26,597 bases of DNA, from the NCBI GenBank assembly GCA_043718025.1, contig JAYSWN010000128.1, positions 1 through 26,597 on the forward strand, written 5' to 3'. Position 1 is the first letter of the stretch. Each line of letters opens with the position of its first letter. This DNA comes from Pseudomonadota bacterium. GTDB taxonomy: Bacteria > Bdellovibrionota > FAC87 > UBA2466. A model generated the notes under the pieces. It searched no databases, was not told the DNA's origin, and worked only from the letters and a program-made list of their open reading frames with translations. Both the position numbers and the translations under genes were made by a program. Positions 8,958 through 17,312 of the stretch are shown piece after piece.

Positions 8958-10312
8958 AGTCCTTTCTAGCCGTTCTCTTTTTGTTCCCCTTGGCGGCTTC
9001 CGCCGAGGTTGGTTACTCCCGCGCGGATTGGGAAAAAATGTTCACCGGCCAGGTGGATATCGCCCTCAATACCAACTTCGCTTTTTTAGCCAAGACCATT
9101 ATGGACGGCGCGGTCACGATGGAAGACCAGGTCGACCAAAACGTGGTGCTCGCTAATCTCGTGGCGGCCCGAATGCGCCAGGCCGAGGAGAGCCTGCGCG
9201 GCGCCGGGGCAAACAACCCCGCCCCCGCGCTAAAAGATAGCCGGCTCATGCTGCAGGCCGCCGACTCCCTTCGCCTGCATACTGCCCAGCTGCTCACTCT
9301 CCAATCGCGTTTGCAACGGGCCTATAAGATGGCGTGCGAACCGGACACCATTCAGCGTTTAAATGGCAGCTTCTCCTCTTCGGGCTACGTCGCCGTCAAA
9401 GGAATGTTAAAAGACATTAACGCTAAGATTGCCGATGCGCAGAAAAACGGCGTCGACGGTATTTCTGTGAAACTCGGTTACTACCAGGGCCAAACCATTC
9501 CAGGAAGTGGTGGCACGGTGCAGGGCAATGACAGCGATCTGGCTCAAGTTCAGTCGGGCATTGTCTCTGGCTTCATGGCCGCCGGGGTGATGATTGGCAC
9601 GGCGATTCCCGTCATCGGAAATATTCTGGGCGGAATCATCGGTTTCATCATTGGCGTGGTGGTGGCGTGGATCGTCGGCCTCATCTTTGGAAATCCAACA
9701 TCGAAAGTAGTAGGTGCCTTACGGGATCAGGCCAGCCACATCCGAGAATCGATCGACAGTCTCGAAAGACGCGGCATCGTGGAACCCTCCACCCGTTTCT
9801 GCAATTTGCATATGACCAACCCTGAGCTCGCGGCCGTGATTGCCGACGTAAATAAGCGAGTAGCGCAATTGAACGGACAAATTCAGACCTCGCTTGAGGA
9901 AGTAAAGAGATCCGGCGAGACCATCGACACTATTTATAAGGAAGAGCTGACGCGTCTAAAGGACGACGTTTATCCCACCGTGCAAATGCTGGTGAATGAG
10001 AAGTTCGAAGCTTGTTACGCCGACATCAAAGTGCGCTCTGACGAAGGTAAAAAATATGCCTCGGCCCAGCTGGTAGCGCCGTTGAAAGCATTTCTCGCTA
10101 TCGAGGGCGATCCGGGGGTTCGCTATCAGGCCGAAAAAGATCTCTGGGTGAAGCTGGTGGAGGGCGACATCAAGTATGCCGCTACCAACGCCTTTGGATT
10201 CCAAAAAGAGGCGAGCCTTGAAGCCAGAGAGCTAATGGCGTGGGATGGCATCGCGAAAGCGGTCTACACCAAACTCGACCAGCGCTTTAGTGCTGAGAAG
10301 GAGAGCAAATGA
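8954..10312 (+). CDS. Exported coiled-coil protein with central Gly-zipper hydrophobic hairpin (possible pore-former/translocator)
   Basis: Signal peptide MKSFLAVLFLFPLAASA; 45-aa uncharged stretch GIVSGFMAAGVMIGTAIPVIGNILGGIIGFIIGVVVAWIVGLIFG between long amphipathic helices; ATGA overlaps at both ends. Confidence 0.7.
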   Translation: MKSFLAVLFLFPLAASAEVGYSRADWEKMFTGQVDIALNTNFAFLAKTIMDGAVTMEDQVDQNVVLANLVAARMRQAEESLRGAGANNPAPALKDSRLMLQAADSLRLHTAQLLTLQSRLQRAYKMACEPDTIQRLNGSFSSSGYVAVKGMLKDINAKIADAQKNGVDGISVKLGYYQGQTIPGSGGTVQGNDSDLAQVQSGIVSGFMAAGVMIGTAIPVIGNILGGIIGFIIGVVVAWIVGLIFGNPTSKVVGALRDQASHIRESIDSLERRGIVEPSTRFCNLHMTNPELAAVIADVNKRVAQLNGQIQTSLEEVKRSGETIDTIYKEELTRLKDDVYPTVQMLVNEKFEACYADIKVRSDEGKKYASAQLVAPLKAFLAIEGDPGVRYQAEKDLWVKLVEGDIKYAATNAFGFQKEASLEARELMAWDGIAKAVYTKLDQRFSAEKESK

Positions 10313-11304
10313 AACAGATGACTTTATTCATGGCGGCTCTCTGCTTAGCAACTACCTCCTTTGCCGTGGAGACGGTTGATCCGCTTCCCCCGCTCGAGGT
10401 CAGCGAACTTAAGGTGCGGGCGGCAATCGAAACCTTGCCCCTCTTTGTGGAAGCGCTCGAACGCGGCTTTCCTCTGATCTATCAGGATCAAGAAAAGGGA
10501 AAAGAGGCCGCCAAGCCCAAACCGGTTGAAGACAGCAACGAAGTCGGAAAAATCCTCGCTAATTTGGCTAAGGCGCAAACCGACCTTAACGACTCAATTA
10601 AAAAGAACTTTGGCGAAATCAAAAAGCGCCGAGAGGATCGACTGGCCGGCAAAGCGATCACGCCCGTTGCGAAAGAAGTAAAAACGGAGGAGCCTCCCAA
10701 GGCCCAAGCGGTGGAAACCTGGAGCGACAAAAGCTACCAAAACTTCTGCGACTGCGCGAAGCGGTCGCTGCCGGTCCTGCGCGCCAAGCTGCGCGCGGAG
10801 CTCTCCGCAGACAAGACGGTGCCGCTGCAGCTCGAATCGCTCTTAACCGCCGATCGCGGCAACGGCAAAGTGGTTGCCACTGACGGCATTGCCTGCGGCA
10901 AACATTTAGGCCCTATGGGGACGGGCTTGGCCGATCGTAACTTGGAACTCTTGTTTCTCACCTCTTTGACCAAGCCCTCCACCGACGAACGGTTTTCCCT
11001 CTTGTGGAGCACATTCCGAATTTGGAGCTGGGCGCAGAGCAATAGCGACAAGGCCAAGGCGCTCGCTTTTTGGGATTACGTGATGCAACGGAACTTATTG
11101 CGCCACCTCTTCTCGCGCGAAGCGGTGCCCTCGCTTGAACGGCATGTAAAAGAGTACATGGCGATCTATATGAAACCCGTAGCACCAGAAAAAGGAAAAT
11201 TGACCGTCGCGGTTTCGGAAGCGTCCTTTCGCGAAGCGATTGACGCCGACCTTAAGCAAAGCGCCGCAATAACTTACGAGGCCAAGCCATGCGAAAAAGA
11301 GTAG
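10309..11304 (+). CDS. Exported hypothetical protein
   Basis: Signal peptide MKQMTLFMAALCLATTSFA; ATGA coupling with the upstream gene; no family recognised. Confidence 0.75.
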   Translation: MKQMTLFMAALCLATTSFAVETVDPLPPLEVSELKVRAAIETLPLFVEALERGFPLIYQDQEKGKEAAKPKPVEDSNEVGKILANLAKAQTDLNDSIKKNFGEIKKRREDRLAGKAITPVAKEVKTEEPPKAQAVETWSDKSYQNFCDCAKRSLPVLRAKLRAELSADKTVPLQLESLLTADRGNGKVVATDGIACGKHLGPMGTGLADRNLELLFLTSLTKPSTDERFSLLWSTFRIWSWAQSNSDKAKALAFWDYVMQRNLLRHLFSREAVPSLERHVKEYMAIYMKPVAPEKGKLTVAVSEASFREAIDADLKQSAAITYEAKPCEKE

Positions 11305-13835
11305 CGTTAGCCCTTATCTATAGTCTCATTATGGGGCCACTCGCCGCCCAAGAGCCACCCAGTCACATTAAACCTCAACCGGGTCAAACTTGGACCTACA
11401 GTAATCAACAAGGTTGGGGCCTAACCGATAAACAAGACGGAATCCGTTTTACCACTTGGTACGGCGGTACTAACCGTCAGTATCCCGTCGCCAGTGGCGG
11501 CGCGCCGATTCAGGTGGGAAATCCGGGAGGCGGCGTTCGGCCCGGGGGAGGCGGCGTCGTCCTAGGCGGATCGCTGTACTACAATCCCAGTTACCGTATG
11601 CCTCCTTCGCTACCGCCGAACGCCAATCTCTACCGGTCTCCCTTTTTAGATTTGAACCGGGGGAATTGGGCACCGCGGGCACACGATGCCTTTAGAAATA
11701 TCGTCCTCAATCCGCAGCTTAAGGCCCCTGAGCTTAAACTACCGATGGGTAGCGCCCTCCCCCCCGACATCAAGCTGCAAAAGGAGTGGATCGAATCGAT
11801 CGCGGCCACGCTTACGGCTCCGGCCACGGCGCCGCTGGTAAGCAAATACCTTTCTGGTCCGCTCAATGCAGTTGCCGATCGCAATCCGTTTGCTCTGGCC
11901 GAAAGCATGGACGGCTACATGGCCCAAGTGGCCGCCCTCGATCAGCTTGACCCGAAAATGGCCCAAGACGTGATTCGCATCGGTCAGTCGGTTTTTATGG
12001 ATTCGCAAGGCGTGATCTCCGGTTTGCCGGACGCCCCCCGTCCCGTTGATTTAGTCTCCCCGATGACGACGGATGTCGGACGTGCGGTACGTGGAAATTT
12101 AAACCGCATGCTCGTAGCGCGTCAGATATTTGAAGGGGAACACCGCATGTTCTGCGAAGCCAATCCCAAAGATTGCGTCGCACAAGAGCTACAAATGGAG
12201 CAAGTGCGCGACATGTTCGACCAGCTTGCCCTCCTGCACGTCATGGCCGAGCGCATTGGGCTAGCTAACGATCCCGCCTTCCAAATCTTAAAACATGAGC
12301 TGGATACCGCGGCGGCCTTTACCTTTGGCGTGGCCAAGGGCGTATACGGTAGCGTCGAAGAGATGGTGCACGGAATTCAATATCTGCTCACCAATAACCC
12401 GCTCACCACGGCGAAAAATCTTGCGGTAGCGGTGGGCGATGCCCTTTTCAATTACGAACGGACCTACGACTCCATTTCTGGTTCCCTCGGTAAAAAATGG
12501 GACACCTTTCTTTACGGCAGCGCCGTCGAACAGGGAGAGGTGCTTGGTCAAGTCACCACCGAAATTCTCACCACCCTCGTGCCAGGATTAAAAGGTGTCA
12601 CCGGCGCGGCCCGAGCCTTGAAGGCCGCGGCCACTCTGGAAAAAGGGTTGGCGATGGCGGAAAAGATAAGCCTCGCCACTAAGGCAGGCACTTACAAGTT
12701 GATGAGAGCCGCGGTCGAGCGGGCTGCCACCAAAGTGGCGGTGAGCAAAGGCGTGCAAGAGTTTGTGGCGAAGGGAGCGCTTGCCGCCGAAAGCGCGGAG
12801 ATGCTCTACGCCCTCAACAAAGTTTTGCCCGAAACTGCCGCTCAACTTTTAAAGCTAGAGCAAAAGGGGCTCGACTTCGCGAAGCTGAAAGCGGTGGCCA
12901 AGGAATCGCTTAAATCGGTTGAATCTGCCGCCCAAGCCGATGCCGCCGTAGCCGGCCTTATTTCCCAAAACGGCAACGCCGCCGTCGGCCTGCTCAACCA
13001 GTTTGGGGCTGAAGCCATTGCCGGAGCGAGCAAAGCCTTCGGTGCCGCGACCCTAAAAACGGTAGGCCAGTGGAGTAAGTCGCCAGCCGGCAAAGAGATG
13101 GCGCAAATGGCCAAGCAGATTCACCGCGAGCTCGCCATCTTGCCGGAGGCCACTCCGAAGAACTTAGGAAACCTGTTCCAAGTTGAAGTGGCGATGCAGA
13201 GGGAGGGGATCGTTCTCTCGTCGGGCGGTCGTGAGTTTCTTGTCCGCCAAACTCTCAATGCCGACATCATTTTGGCTACGGAAAAGCGGGTATTTGGATC
13301 GGTAAGCTCGTTGTCGGATACCGCCCGTTCTTTCACGAAATTCGAAGCTACACTTGGCGAAATAAAGGGCGCCGCCCTTACGGCGGAAGAGAGCGTTGTG
13401 TGGCGGGGAATTCCCAGGGAATTTACGGATAAGGCCGGCGTAGTTCATCAGGCGACACCCTCGGATGTCTTTAGGACTCACTTGGGAAATCTCAAGGGCA
13501 ATCATCGTTTTTCACAGCCGGGAGAGATGTCCCTATACACCACCATGGGCACCGAGGAGAGCGCCCTTAAAGTGCTCGTGGCCGAAAATACAGGGTTCAC
13601 CAAAGAGGCCCTAATTTTTGAAAAGCAGACGGTGCAGGCGAAACGCGTGCTCGATCTTACGGACAAGTCGGTGCTGGACCGTTTAGGGATTTCAAAGGAT
13701 GCTTTGATTTCGCCGGATTATTCCGTCACTCATCAATTGGGGTATCTGGCCCGAAAGTATGGCTTTGACGCTGTGAAATCCTTTTCCGCAAAGGGCGACG
13801 GAGTGAACTTAATTATTCCCAAGGTGTTCCCATGA
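11289..13835 (+). CDS. Secreted polymorphic toxin with C-terminal RES domain (NAD+-targeting family)
   Basis: Signal peptide MRKRVALALIYSLIMGPLAA. Pre-toxin-like helical region FGVAKGVYGSVEEMVHGI...GEVLGQVTTEILTTLVPG. C-terminal about 150 aa with RES motifs VWRG, NHRFS.PG..SLY, AE, VLDLT, LGI, DY..T..LG..AR..GFDAV..SA...NL. Confidence 0.8.
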   Translation: MRKRVALALIYSLIMGPLAAQEPPSHIKPQPGQTWTYSNQQGWGLTDKQDGIRFTTWYGGTNRQYPVASGGAPIQVGNPGGGVRPGGGGVVLGGSLYYNPSYRMPPSLPPNANLYRSPFLDLNRGNWAPRAHDAFRNIVLNPQLKAPELKLPMGSALPPDIKLQKEWIESIAATLTAPATAPLVSKYLSGPLNAVADRNPFALAESMDGYMAQVAALDQLDPKMAQDVIRIGQSVFMDSQGVISGLPDAPRPVDLVSPMTTDVGRAVRGNLNRMLVARQIFEGEHRMFCEANPKDCVAQELQMEQVRDMFDQLALLHVMAERIGLANDPAFQILKHELDTAAAFTFGVAKGVYGSVEEMVHGIQYLLTNNPLTTAKNLAVAVGDALFNYERTYDSISGSLGKKWDTFLYGSAVEQGEVLGQVTTEILTTLVPGLKGVTGAARALKAAATLEKGLAMAEKISLATKAGTYKLMRAAVERAATKVAVSKGVQEFVAKGALAAESAEMLYALNKVLPETAAQLLKLEQKGLDFAKLKAVAKESLKSVESAAQADAAVAGLISQNGNAAVGLLNQFGAEAIAGASKAFGAATLKTVGQWSKSPAGKEMAQMAKQIHRELAILPEATPKNLGNLFQVEVAMQREGIVLSSGGREFLVRQTLNADIILATEKRVFGSVSSLSDTARSFTKFEATLGEIKGAALTAEESVVWRGIPREFTDKAGVVHQATPSDVFRTHLGNLKGNHRFSQPGEMSLYTTMGTEESALKVLVAENTGFTKEALIFEKQTVQAKRVLDLTDKSVLDRLGISKDALISPDYSVTHQLGYLARKYGFDAVKSFSAKGDGVNLIIPKVFP

Positions 13836-14248
13836 ACCTTGTGGAAAGTGCACAGCGGTTATTTACCCAAAATCTTTCTCCAGAAGTTTTTTTGTTAAAG
13901 CTAGCGGACGAAATTGTGCAGTATCATGGGGAAACATCGAATGCGCACGTGAGGCCGCCGCGCCCCTCGCCCAATCCCGAGAAAGAACGGGGAATCACCA
14001 CCCTGTATTTTGATCTCGTAAATTTTTATTCGAAATGGTCGATTAAACCAGATGACTGGCGAGATCTTCAGCCGGTGTTCGTAGAATTGGTGCGCGACTA
14101 CCTGGCTTCCAGCGAAGTCGATCCGCGCAAGCTGCCGAACTACGAGGCCGCAACCAAGTGCTCTGGCCAGCGTATCCATGAACTGGCCCTCTCGGGCCGC
14201 TATCCCGCCGATGAGGTTCGCGAGCAATGGTTTGGCGGAGGAGATTGA
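13832..14248 (+). CDS. Candidate cytoplasmic immunity protein for the RES toxin
   Basis: 138 aa, no signal peptide, ATGA-coupled immediately downstream of the toxin domain. Function inferred from position only. Confidence 0.6.
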   Translation: MNLVESAQRLFTQNLSPEVFLLKLADEIVQYHGETSNAHVRPPRPSPNPEKERGITTLYFDLVNFYSKWSIKPDDWRDLQPVFVELVRDYLASSEVDPRKLPNYEAATKCSGQRIHELALSGRYPADEVREQWFGGGD

Positions 14249-14250
14249 AC

Positions 14251-14532
14251 TTGAATAAACACCTTTGGATTTTATTTGGCGCCCTTTTCTTTCTTCCGGC
14301 CTGCGCCAGTCTTACCGCCGGCGGAGAAAAAGTAACTCTTACTGAAATGCGTACCGACGTGCAAAAATGCAGTTCAAGAGGAAAGGTTGTCTCCACGCCG
14401 CCATACGCTCTGCCTTCCGATTGGAAGAAAAAACTTCGCAACGCCGCGGCCGAACTTGGCGGCAACTGGGTATTTACCGAAGGCGCGGGGCTGAAATCCG
14501 ACGTGAATGGCGAAGCCTATTTATGTCCATAA
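14251..14532 (+). CDS. DUF4156-like lipoprotein
   Basis: Likely TTG start 14251 after SD GGAGGAG (alternative TTG 14245); lipobox LPA-C; motifs C...G.V, LRNAAAELGGN and GEAYLCP. Confidence 0.7.
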   Translation: MNKHLWILFGALFFLPACASLTAGGEKVTLTEMRTDVQKCSSRGKVVSTPPYALPSDWKKKLRNAAAELGGNWVFTEGAGLKSDVNGEAYLCP

Positions 14533-14743
14533 TGCCCTTAAGTCTGGTTTGGACCGACTTGAAGGTGAAACCCGATTCCTAGACGGGCCTAATCTGCGCA
14601 AAAAACGAGATGCCAGCCTGGCAAGACGCCCTTAGCGCCAACGACATTCAAGACCTAACCCAATATCTGCACACTTTAGTTCCTTCTAAATAGTCTACGC
14701 ACCCGCTACCTTTCCGGCCGTAAAGGGGATGGGCACCTTTTCC
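14424..14743 (+). repeat. Left copy of inverted duplication (DUF4156 3' end + intergenic + cytochrome c 3' end)
   Basis: By-eye alignment: 14424-14596 is the reverse complement of 22474-22660 (2 substitutions, one 14-bp indel); 14600-14743 is the reverse complement of 21966-22109 (5 substitutions). Confidence 0.95.
14600..14693 (+). pseudogene. Cytochrome c gene remnant (3' end only)
   Basis: Encodes KNEMPAWQDALSANDIQDLTQYLHTLVPSK-stop, matching the C-terminus of 22016..22453; the start and CxxCH part are deleted. Confidence 0.85.
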
Positions 14744-15163
14744 ACACCTATGCCGGTCGACGTTGACGTCGGCGTGAATCGCTAGTTTCCCCCCGGGCAT
14801 GACCTGGTGCACGCCACCGCCGCGCAGATGCGGATCGGTAATCAAACCCTCGATGCCAGTGAGCGACTCCAAAAAATCGACAAAGGCCAGGGAGTTAAAC
14901 TCGTTTAGCATATGGCGGAGCGTGGAGGAGATTCCGGCCAAACCGTTTTCCTGATCCAGCACACGCTTCTTATTCTGAAAGCGACTATTCGGTTCTAAGA
15001 AGGCGCTCTGTTCTTCAGTGGGAAACTCCCGAGCCGCCTCTTGCGCGAAGTGATCCGGAAGCAAGCCATCGATCACTAGGAAAGGAAACGGGGCTGCGGT
15101 TCGGTTTTCATTCCGTTTGGCCGCCGCCACTGCCAGCAGTTTCGATTTTTCGAAAAAGAACAC
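14648..15163 (-). pseudogene. 2OG-Fe(II) oxygenase, 3'-truncated and fused to repeat sequence
   Basis: PFPFLVIDGLLP, FVDFLESLTGI, DPHLRGGGVH and the HxD motif GGKLAIHAD are present. Similarity ends near 14745, where the frame enters the antisense of the duplicated segment; the distal His/Arg half is missing. Confidence 0.75.
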
Positions 15164-15220
15164 CTTTTTTCTCCACGCCGTCGGTTGAATACCGACTTTT
15201 CGCTATGGTAAAATCGCGCC

Positions 15221-15943
15221 ATGCCTCACCAGATAAGGATTAACACAATTCTTTCTTCGTTGACTGGAGTTCCGCCGCAGCGACTCATGCGCAACGGGCT
15301 AAGGCGGTGGCAGCGGTTTCACTACCGCGAAGGGTGCCGGCGAGACGCCCGGTTGGTGACGGAACTTGGACGATTGAATCGAAATAGCCGCATTCTAGAC
15401 GTCGGCTTTGGGACGGGCCGTTTGGGGCAAGGCATTCTCGATACGCTGGGAACCGTGCGGTGCTATACGGGAATCGAAGTGAGTCGGCCTCACGTGGATT
15501 GGTGTCGTCTCCATTTCAAACGGCATTCTTTCATGGAGTTTTTCGAAGTAGAGATGCGCAACGATCGCTACCGGCCCTACGGGACCTCAACCCTTAGTCC
15601 GCTTCCGCTGCCAAATACTACGTTTGATATAGCCTGCTTCTTCTCTGTCTTTACGCACCTTTTGCCCGACGACCTTGATTTTTATTTGGCAGAACTCGCT
15701 AGGGTCTTGAAGATCGAAGGGAGGGTGATATTCACGATCTACCAAGATGACGCTAATCCCGCCTTCAGCATAAATCCGAAAAATGCCTACGGTCCGTACG
15801 AAGACTCCCCGCTTCACCGGGTTCGCTACAACCGCCATTTTTTAGCTGCAAAACTCCAGAGGTACGGATTCTCCCAATTGCACACCGGCCAAACGTGGCT
15901 GCAAAATCAGGAGCTGATGGTGCTGGAGAAGTCAGGACTTTGA
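15221..15943 (+). CDS. Class I SAM-dependent methyltransferase
   Basis: Motif I ILDVGFGTGRLG; FDIACFFSVFTHL; YLAELARVLK..G. Confidence 0.85.
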   Translation: MPHQIRINTILSSLTGVPPQRLMRNGLRRWQRFHYREGCRRDARLVTELGRLNRNSRILDVGFGTGRLGQGILDTLGTVRCYTGIEVSRPHVDWCRLHFKRHSFMEFFEVEMRNDRYRPYGTSTLSPLPLPNTTFDIACFFSVFTHLLPDDLDFYLAELARVLKIEGRVIFTIYQDDANPAFSINPKNAYGPYEDSPLHRVRYNRHFLAAKLQRYGFSQLHTGQTWLQNQELMVLEKSGL

Positions 15944-16015
15944 GTTCGATCAAATTCTATCGTGAGCCTGAGCCAGGTTCCCGACGAGGCGAAGTGGTGG
16001 AGTTGTCCCCAAACC

Positions 16016-16040
16016 GGCCCGACTAACGCCGGGCCTTTTT
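16016..16040. terminator. Intrinsic terminator between convergent genes
   Basis: GGCCCG...CGGGCC hairpin followed by TTTTT on the + strand, next to the stop of the convergent lipoprotein gene. Confidence 0.6.
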
Positions 16041-16899
16041 ATTTTGAGATGGCGACGCCCTTGAATTTCCAGGCGGCGACGCCGGCCGTATAAGTGACCT
16101 CTAGCTTGTCCGGACCGCCGGCCACGAATTCGCAGGTACCTGAGTGGAAAAGCGAAGCCCGCGCCACCGTGCTGTAGGTAAGGTTGGTGCAAGTTCCCTT
16201 CAGCGTATATTCCGCGCCTTTCAAAGAGGAGATAAACCAAATCGTGGCGTCACTGATGGTTCCGCCGCCCTTGGGCAGGGTGGGGTCGGTCGGGGTGAGT
16301 TTCATATCGAACCAGTAACCGTATTTTCCACTCTGGTTTTGCCCCGCGGCCGTGGCGGAAAATTCCGCCACCATTTCCGAAGAAAAGCTGTAGCTCGCAC
16401 CAGCCCCATTGTCGGTAAGATCCACGAAGCCATTAAAGCTTGAGTCTACGGTGGCGACCCCGGTGGTGAGTTTTACGGAGAATTTTGAGAGGGTCGTTTT
16501 GAATCCCCCCAAAGGGGATTTCTTGGCGTCATCCTTATCCGTGAAGGTTCCGGTTCCCGACACATCCATTTTAATGCTGGTGGAGGGGGCGAGGTTAGTG
16601 CAAGCGATGGTGGCGGTTCCGTTTAGAGGAATTCCATCGGCGTCGGTCCCGTCGGTAAAGGCCGTCTTAGTCGTGCAGCTAGAGAAGTCGGTGGTGGCCC
16701 GTGAGGCTTGGCCGCCGGCTATCGAGACCACATCATTATTAAAAGCATTGCTATAGGCAAACAGCGAACTGCTTCCAGAACTGGCAAAGCTTGCGGCCAT
16801 CGTTTGATCGAGGGTGCCAGAAGGCGCGGTGGGTTTTTTCAACCCGCCACACGCGCTAAGGAGGAAAAGGAACGCTATTGCAAAGAGTTTGATTCGCAT
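16039..16899 (-). CDS. Ser/Thr/Gly-rich lipoprotein, unknown function
   Basis: Lipobox MRIKLFAIAFLFLLSA-C; beta-strand-rich composition; four further Cys. Confidence 0.8.
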   Translation of the reverse strand: MRIKLFAIAFLFLLSACGGLKKPTAPSGTLDQTMAASFASSGSSSLFAYSNAFNNDVVSIAGGQASRATTDFSSCTTKTAFTDGTDADGIPLNGTATIACTNLAPSTSIKMDVSGTGTFTDKDDAKKSPLGGFKTTLSKFSVKLTTGVATVDSSFNGFVDLTDNGAGASYSFSSEMVAEFSATAAGQNQSGKYGYWFDMKLTPTDPTLPKGGGTISDATIWFISSLKGAEYTLKGTCTNLTYSTVARASLFHSGTCEFVAGGPDKLEVTYTAGVAAWKFKGVAISK

Positions 16900-17246
16900 G
16901 CGCCAATTCTCCCGGATTTCGGTGAGAGAGTCTTGGGGAGTCGCGTTGTCGACGATTACGAGTCAATGCGCTTTTTGAGCTCTTTACCCACTTTGAAGAA
17001 GGGGCGCTTCTTCTCGGGCACAAAGACATCCGCACTGGTCTTGGGGTGGGCCGCCTGACCAGTCTGTATACAATTAGTGGGCTTTTGGGCGCGTTTCGGA
17101 ATTTCCTTTGTTTTCAGGCGTTTCACCGATTCTTCAGGGAGACTCCGTCAATGAACTAGACAACTTTCGAATTATTTCGAAATCCAAACAACGGTCTAAC
17201 CCGTTGGCCTTACCCATTAAAATCCGAAATTCGTATAGATCGTAAA

Positions 17247-17262
17247 CGGCCCCCTGATTGCA
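17247..17262 (+). promoter_or_regulatory. Putative sigma54 (-24/-12) promoter
   Basis: CGGCCCCCTGATTGCA: GG-N10-GC with TTGCA, about 50 nt upstream of the cyclase ATG. Confidence 0.45.
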
Positions 17263-17312
17263 CACTATTAAGCAACATCGGGAAATTAGCTGTAGGCATC
17301 GTAAAGAACTGT

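Noticed and set aside
11430..11470. Similarity of toxin DGIRFTTWYG to DGISVKLGYY in the hairpin protein
   Set aside because: Too short to distinguish from chance.
13390..14248. Stand-alone RES-Xre type II toxin-antitoxin module
   Set aside because: The RES domain is fused in frame to a large exported protein, and the partner gene is downstream without evident Xre/HTH features.
14043..14465. ORF pair starting MPPSSAAALRSFFF (14043..14465 minus and 22619..22993 plus) as a paralogous gene family
   Set aside because: The shared N-terminus is only the antisense reading of the duplicated DUF4156 segment.
14424..14743. Inverted repeats as IS/transposon terminal repeats
   Set aside because: They consist of ordinary gene fragments; no transposase or target-site duplication was seen.
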